34,927 nt of DNA, taken from an uncultured bacterium. GTDB lineage: Bacteria; CAYJRR01. Below the pieces are notes generated by a model. The model saw only the letters and a list, made by a program, of their open reading frames with translations, did not search any database and was not told where the DNA came from. Location: the NCBI GenBank assembly GCA_964372275.1, contig CAYJRR010000040.1:1-34927 (forward strand). The letters run 5' to 3'. This document shows, one piece after another, positions 7,454 through 16,667 of this stretch. Position 1 is the first letter of the stretch, and every line of letters begins with the position of its first letter. Made by a program: the position numbers and the translations under genes.

Positions 7454-8328
7454 TTGTCCACCTTCAGGGCCTCCGGTCGGATCGAGGCCCGGTTCTCCTG
7501 ATACCACGACCACAGGCGGGCGATCCCCTCCCGCAACGGCGTCGGGCTCCACGAGGGGATCTCGGCCCGGAGCCGGCGGTTGTCGCCGCTGTATTCGGGC
7601 CCGAGCCCCGGCTCGGCGGCGACGATCGGCAGGCGCTTGCCCGTCACCGTAAGCACCAGCTCGGCGATCTCGCGCAGCTCCACTGCGCGGTCGGGGGTCA
7701 CGTTGTAGTCGCGGTGCTTCGGATCGTGCGCGAGGAGGTGGTCGATCACCGGCGCCAGGTCGTCGACCCAGACGTAGTCGAAGCGTCGGTTCCGCTTCAG
7801 GGTGAGCGGCAGGTCGAACAGCGCCTTGCAGAGGCAGTTGGAGACGAAGCGGATCTCCCAGTCCTCGTGGGGGCCGTAGACGCCGAAGGGACGCAGGTGG
7901 ACGCCGCGCGGATGGGACATCGCGAGCCGCGCGATCTCGAACTTGGAGCGCGACGCCTCGTCCTCCGGGACGTGCGCGCCGAAGCGCTCCTCCGGCATCT
8001 TGGGGGCGTAGTGCCGGGGGTCGTATTCGGCGCCGCTCCCCAGCACCACCAGCCGCCGGAGCGGGTCGGCATGGCGGAGGAGGTTCCCGAACATGCGCCG
8101 GTTGCGCTCTCCAAGGTCGGCGACGGGCGGCGCGTTGCGGTGGCCCGGCGTCGTCGCCGCGTGCACCACCGCGTCGACCCGGTTGTCGGCGAACCAGCGG
8201 TCGATCGACCGCTCGTCGGCGAGGTCGAGCTCGGCGCGCGGCGGCGCCAGCACCTCGTGCCGTCCCGCGAGCGACACGCGGAGGTTCCTCCCGATAAACC
8301 CCGAGCCGCCGGTCAACAGCACCCGCAT
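7450..8328 (-). CDS. NAD-dependent epimerase/dehydratase (extended SDR; possible NDP-sugar reductase)
   Basis: VLLTGGSGFIG, GSGAEYD, LRPFGVYGP and FDYVWVDD. Confidence 0.85.
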   Translation of the reverse strand: MRVLLTGGSGFIGRNLRVSLAGRHEVLAPPRAELDLADERSIDRWFADNRVDAVVHAATTPGHRNAPPVADLGERNRRMFGNLLRHADPLRRLVVLGSGAEYDPRHYAPKMPEERFGAHVPEDEASRSKFEIARLAMSHPRGVHLRPFGVYGPHEDWEIRFVSNCLCKALFDLPLTLKRNRRFDYVWVDDLAPVIDHLLAHDPKHRDYNVTPDRAVELREIAELVLTVTGKRLPIVAAEPGLGPEYSGDNRRLRAEIPSWSPTPLREGIARLWSWYQENRASIRPEALKVDK

Positions 8329-8332
8329 CGCG

Positions 8333-9154
8333 TCAGTTCTTCAGAACCGTGATCCCGAGCGCGTCCATCGCCCGGCGATAGCGCTGCTCGAGCAGCTCGA
8401 TACGCGACCGGTCCTCGTTCGCGATCAGGCCGTAGTAGTCGCGCTTGTTCTTGAGCCACAAGAGCTCGAACTCGACCGCCTTGAGCGTCCCGTGGTGAGC
8501 CTGCTCGCCGAGCGCGGCGGGGCAGCGGAAGATCACCTTGCGCGTCTCGTAGTAGTCGAGCTGCCCGGCCTGCAATGCGCGGAACGACGGCAACGAATCG
8601 GCGGAGACCCCGCCCCCCACGGCGCAGACCAGATTCCGCTTCTTGGCCTTGGCGAACACCTCGGCGACAAGCCGCATGATCGCCTCGCCGTTCACCTCTT
8701 CCCGGGAGAGTCCCATCGATCCGGCGAGATCGACCCGCCCCACGATCACGCCGTTCAGCACCTCGATCGCCGGATCGTCGAGCATGCGGTCGAAGCTCTT
8801 GATCGCGTCGTGGGTCTCGACGTTGATCGCCGCCACCACCTCCTGGCGCTCCTCCTCCGGAAAGACGGCGGTGAACGACTTGAGGAACTTCTTCAGGGCG
8901 TAGGGGGTCTCCACCATCGGCGCCACGATGCGCGAGACGCCGATCGTCCGCGCCTCGTACATGTCGCGCAACGCTTCGCAGCCGCCGATCTTCAGGGTCA
9001 AGGGGAGGTCGGCCCGCATCAGGACCTCCTTCAAACGGAGCGCCTCCTCCAGGCGCGTCCCTTCCGCCTCGAACTCCGCCTTCACCCCGACGACGTGGTG
9101 GTGCTGGCGGAGGTCGGCGAGGAGCTCGACCATCTTGCGCTCGATGCGATTCAC
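8333..9154 (-). CDS. HpcH/HpaI aldolase / citrate lyase beta family protein
   Basis: GVKAEFEAEG, KIGGCEA, IVAPMVETPYA, INVET and IVGRVDL. GTG start overlaps the stop of the neuB-like gene. Confidence 0.8.
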   Translation of the reverse strand: MNRIERKMVELLADLRQHHHVVGVKAEFEAEGTRLEEALRLKEVLMRADLPLTLKIGGCEALRDMYEARTIGVSRIVAPMVETPYALKKFLKSFTAVFPEEERQEVVAAINVETHDAIKSFDRMLDDPAIEVLNGVIVGRVDLAGSMGLSREEVNGEAIMRLVAEVFAKAKKRNLVCAVGGGVSADSLPSFRALQAGQLDYYETRKVIFRCPAALGEQAHHGTLKAVEFELLWLKNKRDYYGLIANEDRSRIELLEQRYRRAMDALGITVLKN

Positions 9155-10233
9155 AAGCCTCTCCGCTCGATCAGCGCGCGCAGCGACGGGTTCTGCGAAT
9201 AGGGGTTGTTCTCGAAGGCGTCGATCTTGACCGGCGCGTCCTTGGCCACCGCCTTGGTCAGCACCTCGCCCGACACCAGCTCCCGGCAGGAGAGCTGCCC
9301 CTTCTGCAGAGGGACGGCGAGGTAGACGTCCTTCTCGGTGATGGCGTGACCGGCCGGCAGGTCTCTCGCCGCGTAGACGCCGCGCACCAGGGCGTCCAGG
9401 TACTGGATCTCCTTCTCCGGCGGGATGCGCTTCTCGGTGCCCGGCGCGCCGCACATCTCCTTCACCTTGAGGAACGCCCGGAACCAGTTGTCGACGTTGT
9501 CGGGCCGCGAGCAGTAGGGAGAGACCTGCACGCCGTCCATGTCGATGTCGACGTGCCGCTCGAAGGTCCGCGCCCCCTTGGCATAGGCGATCACCATCGA
9601 GTAGGTCCAGTCGCGGTACTCGTGCGTCGAGAACCCGATCACGTTGTTCGGGTACCGCTTCTTGAGCCAGTCGATCTGGTTCATCTGCAGGTCCCAATCC
9701 TCGCTCGGATAGATCGAGACGCAGTGGTTGAGCGCGAGCGGGACGTGGCGGTTGCGGAAGAACTTCACCAGGTCGTCGATGTCCTTCGCCGACGAGCCGC
9801 CGGTCGAGGCGATCACCGGCTTGCGCGTCTTGGCGATCTTCTCGATCAGCACCCAGTCGTTGATGTCCGAGCTGGCGAGCTTCAAGAGGTCCATCTCCAG
9901 CTCTTCGCAGAAGTCGACCGACTTCTCGTCGAACGGCGTCGCCATCCGCAGGCAGTTGTTCTTGCGGATCGACTCCGACATCGTCGCCAGGTCCTCGCGG
10001 GACAGACGCGTGTCGAGCGTCTTCTTGATGTAGCGGACGTCGGAGCGGTTCCGGAACTCCTTGTGGATGAAGGTGTCGACGTCCCGGATCTGGAGCTTGA
10101 TCGCCGCCTTCACCCCGTTGTAGCGGACGACCTTGGAGAAGTCGTGGACGATCTTCAGTCCGCGTTCGAGCTTGCCGAGGTGGTTGTTGGCCAGCTCGAG
10201 GACGAACAGCTCGTGGAAGATTTCGTCGTTCAC
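9151..10233 (-). CDS. N-acetylneuraminate synthase (NeuB/SpsE) family PEP-dependent synthase with C-terminal SAF domain
   Basis: ELANNHLG, KLQ, TPFD, KLASSD, STGG, HCVSIYP, GFSTH, ERH and C-terminal RGVYAARDLPAGHAIT. Confidence 0.9.
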   Translation of the reverse strand: MNDEIFHELFVLELANNHLGKLERGLKIVHDFSKVVRYNGVKAAIKLQIRDVDTFIHKEFRNRSDVRYIKKTLDTRLSREDLATMSESIRKNNCLRMATPFDEKSVDFCEELEMDLLKLASSDINDWVLIEKIAKTRKPVIASTGGSSAKDIDDLVKFFRNRHVPLALNHCVSIYPSEDWDLQMNQIDWLKKRYPNNVIGFSTHEYRDWTYSMVIAYAKGARTFERHVDIDMDGVQVSPYCSRPDNVDNWFRAFLKVKEMCGAPGTEKRIPPEKEIQYLDALVRGVYAARDLPAGHAITEKDVYLAVPLQKGQLSCRELVSGEVLTKAVAKDAPVKIDAFENNPYSQNPSLRALIERRGL

Positions 10234-10243
10234 CGGCGATCCC

Positions 10244-10642
10244 TCAGGCGCGGAACGAGAAGCGGTCGTGGAAGAGGTAGCCTACCACCGCCGTCAGCGC
10301 CACCAACAAGCCCTGGGCCAGCGGCGGCCACAGCCCCGCGCCCTGCACCAGGAGCGGCAGCGCGATCGCGTTGAACCCGAAGGTCGACATCTGGACCATC
10401 AGGAAACGCGGTGCCGAGCGGCGCACCGGCGCCTCGCGGCCGAAGACGAAGAGGCGATAGCCGAGGTAGGCGTTGGTCACCGCCAGCACGTGCCCGATCA
10501 CCAGCACCGCCATGTAGTGCAGGCCGATCGGGCGGGTGGCGAGGAAGATCCCGGTGAAGGCGAGCCACCCGAACAGCGTGTTCCACCCGCCGACGATCAG
10601 GAAACGCACCTGCTTGGCGGCGAGGAGCTCGGCGACGGTCAA
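10244..10642 (-). CDS. GtrA family lipid-linked sugar flippase
   Basis: About 132 aa with four hydrophobic segments, VRFLIVGGWNT, YRLFVF and C-terminal HDRFSF. TTG start overlaps the upstream stop. Confidence 0.85.
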   Translation of the reverse strand: MTVAELLAAKQVRFLIVGGWNTLFGWLAFTGIFLATRPIGLHYMAVLVIGHVLAVTNAYLGYRLFVFGREAPVRRSAPRFLMVQMSTFGFNAIALPLLVQGAGLWPPLAQGLLVALTAVVGYLFHDRFSFRA

Positions 10643-11571
10643 AGTCCGAGCGTCTCCTTCACGATGAAGTTCGGCCGCTCCTTCACCTCTTCGTAGATCA
10701 GGCCGACGTATTCGGCCATCACCCCGAGGCTGGTGAAGAGGAAGCCGAACATCAACAACATGATCCCGACGATCGTGCCGAACCCGTCGAACGGGACCCC
10801 CTGCGCGAAGGCGCGATAGACGACGAGCGCCAGGAGCACGAAGGCGAAGGCCGACAGCCCGACACCGAGTAGCGTGATCGCGCGCAGCGGCAGGTAGGTG
10901 TGGGCGAAGATCCCCTTGGTCGCGAGGCTCAACACCCCCAGCGTGTTCGCATGCGACGTGCCGGAGAACCGTGCCGGCCGCTCGCACTCGATCCCCGTCG
11001 AACGGAAGCCGGCCCAGACGAACAGTCCGCGGACGAAGCGGTTCCGCTCCTGCATCCCGTTGATCGTCTGGTAGACCCGGCGGTCGACGAGGCGGAAGTC
11101 GCTCACGTTCCGCGGGAACAGACCGTCGGTCATCTTGTTGAGGACCCAGTAGAACAGCTCCGAATTGATGCGCCGGAGAAGGCTCGAACCGTGCCGCTTG
11201 GTCACGATCTGGTAGACGTTCTCGTACCCCTCCTCCCACTTCCGGAGGAACTGCGTGATCAGCTCCGGCGGATCCCGCAGCGCCGCGGTCATCATCACCG
11301 CCGCGTCGCCGGTCGCCAGGCTCAAGCCCGCGGTGATCCCGCCGTCCATCCGGAAGTTACGCGAGAGCCGCACCATCTTGAACCGCGGATCGCGCCGGTG
11401 CAGCGCGACCATCTTTTCGTAGGTGCCGTCGTGCGATCCGTTCTCGATCAGCAGCACCTCGAAGTCGTAGCGGTCGTTCTCGGCAAAAACCGCCGCCAGG
11501 CGCCGCCCGAGCTCGTCGATGTTCCCCTCTTCGTTGTAGGCGGGGATGACGACCGAGATCCGCTTCTTCAA
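10639..11571 (-). CDS. GT2 polyprenol-phosphate glycosyltransferase (GtrB/YkoT-like)
   Basis: ISVVIPAYNEE, LSRNF, DPPELI, SDFRLVDR, ERNRFVRGL, two C-terminal TM helices and EYVGLIYEEVKERPNFIV. Confidence 0.9.
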   Translation of the reverse strand: MKKRISVVIPAYNEEGNIDELGRRLAAVFAENDRYDFEVLLIENGSHDGTYEKMVALHRRDPRFKMVRLSRNFRMDGGITAGLSLATGDAAVMMTAALRDPPELITQFLRKWEEGYENVYQIVTKRHGSSLLRRINSELFYWVLNKMTDGLFPRNVSDFRLVDRRVYQTINGMQERNRFVRGLFVWAGFRSTGIECERPARFSGTSHANTLGVLSLATKGIFAHTYLPLRAITLLGVGLSAFAFVLLALVVYRAFAQGVPFDGFGTIVGIMLLMFGFLFTSLGVMAEYVGLIYEEVKERPNFIVKETLGL

Positions 11572-12917
11572 ACGGGCTCCTCCGGGGTGGACGCGTCGCA
11601 GGATACACCGGCCGCCAGGCGCCCGATCGCCTCGTCGACGTGGCCGACCCGACCGGTCCACCGGAGCGCGAGCGCGAGCAGGCCGACCAGCGTGTCCTCG
11701 GAGGCGGGGGCGAGCGCGATCTCCCCCGGGAGGCCGGACCGGATCTCCGCCCGGAGGGCCTCCGACCTCCGCGCCAGCCCGCCGGACAGGAGCACGCGCC
11801 GCCAGCCGCCACCGGGGAACAGGCGCGCGGCGGCGTCGGCGTAGCGCGCCGCCATGTCGCGAAACGCGGCGCGCATCACCGCGCCCGCCGGCTCGCGCGC
11901 GAGCCACGCACGGGCGAGCGCCGGACCGCCGTCGATCAGCGACGCCAGATCGACCGGCGCGCCCGCCGCGGCGACCTCCGCCGCACGCAGCAGGTCGGCC
12001 CAGCCGCGTCCACTTGCTTCGACGAGGATTCGCAGCACACGGCCGGCCGGAAGATGGGTCACGGTGCGAAGCCAGCCGCCGTCGAAGAAAGGACGAAGCT
12101 GCCAATCCCCCGCCTCCGCCGATCCGACGCGCCGGCTCGCCTGGGAGCCGGTGGCGATGTTGAGCGACAGCTCCCCTTCGCGGAGGAGGCTCCCCAAGAG
12201 TGCCGCCTGCTGGTCCCCGACCGGCGTGTAGACCGGACGCTCGCGGCCGCCGGCGCGCATCCGACCGACGACGGTACCGGCCGGCACGACGCGCGGCCAG
12301 CGGGCCCGATCGAGCCCCAGGCGCGCGATCACCCCGGCGTGCCACGCGCCGGCGCGAAGGTCGAAGCTCCCGAGCGCCGCCGCGTGGGTCGCTTCGATCG
12401 TCGTTTCCCGCACCCCGCACAGCCGCGCGACGACGTAGTCGCCGAGCGCCGCGACCTCGACGCCGTCCGGCACGCCACCCATCGCGAACAGCGTCGCCAC
12501 CGCGATCCCGGCGCGCGTCTCGTTCCCGAGCGCCTGCCGCTCCCCGTCGGACAGCCTCGCCCGCAACGCGTCGAGGTGGGTGTCGGCCCCCGCGCCGTGC
12601 CGCTCCAGCGCCCGGCGGTCCTGCCACGAGACGTAGCGCGAACGGGCCCGCCCGTCGTCGGCGAGCAGCACGAACCCGTGCATCTGGTTGCAGAGGACGA
12701 TCCCCTCCGCGTCCGGCGCGAGCGCGGCCAGGCGGTCGATCGCGGCGCGGGCGGCGGCGACGATCGCCTCCGGGTCGACCTCCTTGTGCCCGGGCGGAAG
12801 CCCCTCCTCGAACGCCGGGAACGGCTCGCGCGCGACCGCCCGCACCGCCGGCCGATCGAGGTCGACGAGCGCCGATTTGAGGAAGGTGCCCCCCAGGTCA
12901 AGGGCGATCAAAGACAT
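11568..12917 (-). CDS. FGGY family carbohydrate kinase (sedoheptulokinase-like)
   Basis: ALDLGGTFLK, NQMHG, SWQDRR, VGDQQAALLG, LNIATGSQ and LSGG. Confidence 0.85.
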   Translation of the reverse strand: MSLIALDLGGTFLKSALVDLDRPAVRAVAREPFPAFEEGLPPGHKEVDPEAIVAAARAAIDRLAALAPDAEGIVLCNQMHGFVLLADDGRARSRYVSWQDRRALERHGAGADTHLDALRARLSDGERQALGNETRAGIAVATLFAMGGVPDGVEVAALGDYVVARLCGVRETTIEATHAAALGSFDLRAGAWHAGVIARLGLDRARWPRVVPAGTVVGRMRAGGRERPVYTPVGDQQAALLGSLLREGELSLNIATGSQASRRVGSAEAGDWQLRPFFDGGWLRTVTHLPAGRVLRILVEASGRGWADLLRAAEVAAAGAPVDLASLIDGGPALARAWLAREPAGAVMRAAFRDMAARYADAAARLFPGGGWRRVLLSGGLARRSEALRAEIRSGLPGEIALAPASEDTLVGLLALALRWTGRVGHVDEAIGRLAAGVSCDASTPEEPV

Positions 12918-13989
12918 CGTGCGCGTCCAGGTATTCGGCGACGTGCGCGTCGAGCGCGGCGTCGAACGGCGTCGGAACGATCCGGAGGCTCCCGGGCCGC
13001 TCCAGGAGCGCCAGGCTCACCTGACCACCGGCCACCTTCTTGTCGCGCCGGGCCGCGGCGATCAGCGCCGCCGCCGCGATCGCCGGCTTCGGACAGCGGA
13101 GGTGCCGCGCGACGAAATCGTGCACCGCGTCGAACGTCCCGCGGTCGAGCATCCCTCGTTTCCAGGCGAGGAAGTTCACCAGGTCGATCCCCCACGCCAC
13201 CGCCAGGCCATGCGGCACCGCGTGTTCGGTGAGCGCCTCGAGCGCGTGCCCGAAGGTGTGCCCGTAGTTGAGGATGCGGCGGAGGTCCGTTTCGTACTCG
13301 TCCTCCTCGATCACCCGCTTCTTCACCCGCAAGCTCTCACCGATCCACTCGGCGAGCCGCGGCGTCCGCAGCCCCGCCGAGGCCACGTCGCGCGCGAACG
13401 CCGCGAACTGCGCCTCCGAGCCGGTCAGCATCAGCTTCAGGATCTCGCCGTGGCCGCTGGCCACGTCGCGGTCGTCGAGCGTGTCGACGAACGCGCTCGC
13501 GATCACCACCTTCGACGGCGAGTGGAAGGCGCCGACCTGGTTCTTGAAGCTTCCCAGATTGATGCCGCACTTGGCGCCGATGCAGCTGTCGGCCATCGAC
13601 AGGAGCGTCGTCGGGACGAGCCGCCAGGCGATCCCGCGGTAGTAGACGTGCGCCGCGAAGGTCACCAGGTCCTGCACGATCCCGCCGCCGACGGCGATCA
13701 GCGTCGTCCGCTTGGTCGCGTTCTGCGCCTGCATCCAGCGGAGCAGCCGTTCGACGCCGGCGAGCGTCTTTTCCTCCTCGGTCGCGTCGACGAGCCGCGT
13801 CGGCACCGCGCCCGTGAGGCTCGCCAGCGCCGCGCCGTGCAGCTCCGCGACCCGCCGGTCGATCACCGCGAGCGACTCGCCCGCGCGCACGGCCGCGGGC
13901 ACGTCGCCGACCGACGCCACGAACTCGACGGCGTAGTCCCCTCCAGCCGAGCGGATCCGGATCGGCTCTGGCGGGGCCGGGCGGCTCAC
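12898..13989 (-). CDS. 3-dehydroquinate synthase (AroB)-related sugar-phosphate cyclase
   Basis: GGGIVQDL, YYRGI, PTTLLSMADSCIGAKCGIN, KNQVGAF, EILK, LNYGHTFGHALE, HGLAV and DKK. Confidence 0.88.
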   Translation of the reverse strand: MSRPAPPEPIRIRSAGGDYAVEFVASVGDVPAAVRAGESLAVIDRRVAELHGAALASLTGAVPTRLVDATEEEKTLAGVERLLRWMQAQNATKRTTLIAVGGGIVQDLVTFAAHVYYRGIAWRLVPTTLLSMADSCIGAKCGINLGSFKNQVGAFHSPSKVVIASAFVDTLDDRDVASGHGEILKLMLTGSEAQFAAFARDVASAGLRTPRLAEWIGESLRVKKRVIEEDEYETDLRRILNYGHTFGHALEALTEHAVPHGLAVAWGIDLVNFLAWKRGMLDRGTFDAVHDFVARHLRCPKPAIAAAALIAAARRDKKVAGGQVSLALLERPGSLRIVPTPFDAALDAHVAEYLDAHDVFDRP

Positions 13990-14654
13990 TGGATGCTGAA
14001 TCCTCCGTCGATGACGACCACCTGGCCGGTGAGGTAGGTGTTGTTCTCCGACCCCAGGAACCACGCCAGCTCGGCGATCTCCTCCGGGCGGGCCAGGCGT
14101 TTGAGGGCCGTTTGCGCGGCGAGCGCCGCGATCTGGTCGGGCGGGTTGTTGCGGCGGGTGAGCTCGGTGTCGACGAACCCGGGGCAGATCGAGTTGACCA
14201 AGACGCCGCGCTCGCCGAGCTCCAGCGCCGCGGTCCGGGTCAACGCGTCGAGCCCCGACTTCGCCGCCGCGTAGGCGAAGCGCGACGGCTTGGCGAGGAT
14301 CGACCAGACCGAGCTGACGTTCACCACCCGCCCCCACCCGCGCGCCGCCATCGCCGGCGCGAATGCCTGGGTGAGCTGGAACGCGGCGGTGAGGTTGACG
14401 TCGATCGTCCGCCGCCAGTCCTCGAGCGGGATCGTCTCGATGCGGCCCAGCTTGTTCTCGCCGGCGTTGTTCACCAGCACGTCGACCTCGAGGCCGCGAT
14501 GTCCGTCGATCCAGGCGCGCACCCCCTCGGGCTTCGCGAGGTCGAGCTCCGCGCGCGGCGGGGCGACCACCTCGCAGCCCGCGCGCCCGAACCGTTCCCC
14601 GATCGCCCGGCCGATCCCGCGCGACGCCCCCGTCACCAGCACCCGCCGCTTCAT
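13986..14654 (-). CDS. Short-chain dehydrogenase/reductase (FabG-like)
   Basis: TGASRGIG, NNAG, NVSS, YAAAK, VNSICPG and TGQVVVIDGG. Confidence 0.92.
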   Translation of the reverse strand: MKRRVLVTGASRGIGRAIGERFGRAGCEVVAPPRAELDLAKPEGVRAWIDGHRGLEVDVLVNNAGENKLGRIETIPLEDWRRTIDVNLTAAFQLTQAFAPAMAARGWGRVVNVSSVWSILAKPSRFAYAAAKSGLDALTRTAALELGERGVLVNSICPGFVDTELTRRNNPPDQIAALAAQTALKRLARPEEIAELAWFLGSENNTYLTGQVVVIDGGFSIQ

Positions 14655-14676
14655 CGAGCCTTCCTCCGCCGGCCCA

Positions 14677-16494
14677 TCAGCCGTCCACCCCGGGGATGAG
14701 CAGGTTCTTCCGCATCTCCTCGCGTTCGAGGAACGGCGCGAGGTCCTCCAGCGGGGAGCTGACCATCCGACCGTCCGGCAACTTGCGGGAGGCCGCCTTC
14801 GGCGCGAACGGCTGCTTCAGGTCGAGCATCACCTCGGCCATCTGCGCGCCGTCCCCGTCGAGCGTCTCGCGGATCCCCGCCTCCATCGCCGCGTGGTTGG
14901 CGATCCGGCGGAACGGGATCCCGAACGCCGCCGCCAACTTCTCGAAGTCGGGGAACCCCAGCCCGCTCTCGGTGCCGCACCCGACGACGTTGTCGGGGAA
15001 GTAGTTCTGCTGCGTCTGGCGGATCGAGTGGTACCCCTGGTTGTTGAGGACGAAGATCTTGATCGGCAGCCGGTGGGTGACGATCGTCTGCAGCTCCTGG
15101 AGGTTCATCATGATGCTGCCATCGCCGGCGAGGCAGACGACGCGGCCGCGCCCGAGCGCGAAGCTGGCGCCGATCGCCGCCGGAAGGTCGTATCCCATCG
15201 GGGCGCAACCGGAGTTGGTGTAGTAGCGCTGTCCGCGCTTGATCCGCGCCGCCTGCTGCGTCACGACGCACGCCGTGCCGTCGCCCGTGACGACCTTCTC
15301 CCCTTCCGGCAACACTTTCGTCAACGCGTCGACGAAACAGTAGGGGTTCACCCGCTCACGCTCTTCCCAATACTCCGGGAGCACCACCGGATAGCGTCGC
15401 CGCCGCTCCTGGCACCACGCGAGGTAGTCTCGGTGCGCCGCCGTCGGTCCGCCGTACGGCGCGTCGAGCAGCGCCCCGACGGCGTCGTTCAGGTCGGCGT
15501 GGACCGGGTCGTCGATCGCAAGCGTCGGCTTGGCGAGCTCCGCCGCGTCGGCGTCGATCATCACCTTGTGGGCCGCGCGCGCGAACGTCCCCCAGTTGTA
15601 GCCAACCTGGCGGATGTTGAGCCGGCTGCCGAGCACCAGCAGGAAGTCGGCGTTTTGCACCGCGAAGTTTCCCGGGCGATCGCCGACCGATCCCGGCCGC
15701 CCGCAATTTCGCGGATCGTCGTCGGGGAGGAGGTCGTGCGCGTTCCATCCGGTCGTCGCCGGGATCCCGAGCTTGGCCACCAGGCGCAAGAACGCCTCGT
15801 GCGCCCCGGAGATCCGCACCCCGGCGCCGGCGAGGATCGCCGGCCGCTTCGCCTCGGCGAGCTTCGCCAGGATCCGCGTCGCCGCGGCGCGCACGTCGGC
15901 GGTGCCGCGCGTCGAGGCGGCGTCCTCCGCCGGGTCGTAGCCGCGGAGCGTCGCGGGGTCGACGAGCGCCCCCTGCACGTTCATCGGCACGTCGATCCAG
16001 ACCGGCCCGGGCCGCCCGGCGCATGCCAGGTGGAGCGCACGCTCGAGGTGGTAGCGGATCGTCGCCGGGTCGACGACCATCTCGGCGTACTTGGTGATCG
16101 GCTTCACCAGTTGCGCGATGTCGATCTCCTGATCGCCGAGCTGACGCAACGGAAGCCTCGTGCTGCGCACCACCGTCTCGAACTTCACCTGTCCCGAGAC
16201 GACGATCATCGCCAGGGAGTCGACCCACGCCCCCCACACGCCGGTGAGCGCGTTCGTCCCGCCGGGTCCGGTGGTGACGTTCACGGCCGCGAGCCGCCGC
16301 GTCATCCGGAAGTAGCTCTCGGCCGCCATCGCCGCCGACTGCTCGTGGTGGCAGGCGACGTAGTCGATCCCGTCGGCGCGGCCGAACGCGTCGTTCAGGT
16401 GCATCGCCCCGCCGCCGGTCACCAGGAAGACGTGTCGGATGCCGGCCGCGGCGAGACGCTGCGCGATGTAGTCGGCGACCCGGACCGAAGGCAT
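14677..16494 (-). CDS. Thiamine-diphosphate-dependent enzyme, acetolactate-synthase-like (YerE-like carboligase)
   Basis: GGGAMHLND, HHEQSAAMAAE, TTGPGGTN, VSGQ, GRPGPVWIDVP and TPP motif GDGSIMMNLQEL...NNQGY. Confidence 0.92.
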   Translation of the reverse strand: MPSVRVADYIAQRLAAAGIRHVFLVTGGGAMHLNDAFGRADGIDYVACHHEQSAAMAAESYFRMTRRLAAVNVTTGPGGTNALTGVWGAWVDSLAMIVVSGQVKFETVVRSTRLPLRQLGDQEIDIAQLVKPITKYAEMVVDPATIRYHLERALHLACAGRPGPVWIDVPMNVQGALVDPATLRGYDPAEDAASTRGTADVRAAATRILAKLAEAKRPAILAGAGVRISGAHEAFLRLVAKLGIPATTGWNAHDLLPDDDPRNCGRPGSVGDRPGNFAVQNADFLLVLGSRLNIRQVGYNWGTFARAAHKVMIDADAAELAKPTLAIDDPVHADLNDAVGALLDAPYGGPTAAHRDYLAWCQERRRRYPVVLPEYWEERERVNPYCFVDALTKVLPEGEKVVTGDGTACVVTQQAARIKRGQRYYTNSGCAPMGYDLPAAIGASFALGRGRVVCLAGDGSIMMNLQELQTIVTHRLPIKIFVLNNQGYHSIRQTQQNYFPDNVVGCGTESGLGFPDFEKLAAAFGIPFRRIANHAAMEAGIRETLDGDGAQMAEVMLDLKQPFAPKAASRKLPDGRMVSSPLEDLAPFLEREEMRKNLLIPGVDG

Positions 16495-16667
16495 CGGCAA
16501 GGGAGACTACCGTTCCTGCCGGGGCGAGACCAACGTGCCGGTGACGGCCCGCGCGCCGTCGACCATGCGGACGCTTGGCTCGCCGCGTCATCCGGAGTAC
16601 CCTGGAGTCATTCGGGTCTTTCGCCCGCGCCTGTCGCCGATCCCCTCAGGGCCGCACGGGAGGGTCC

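Noticed and set aside
9151-10233. Calling a complete sialic/legionaminic/pseudaminic acid pathway
   Set aside because: No neuA, neuC, leg or pse partner genes in the window.
14677-16494. Annotation as housekeeping acetolactate synthase (ilvB/ilvI)
   Set aside because: No small subunit or ilvC nearby, and it heads a nucleotide-sugar operon, so a YerE-like role is more plausible.
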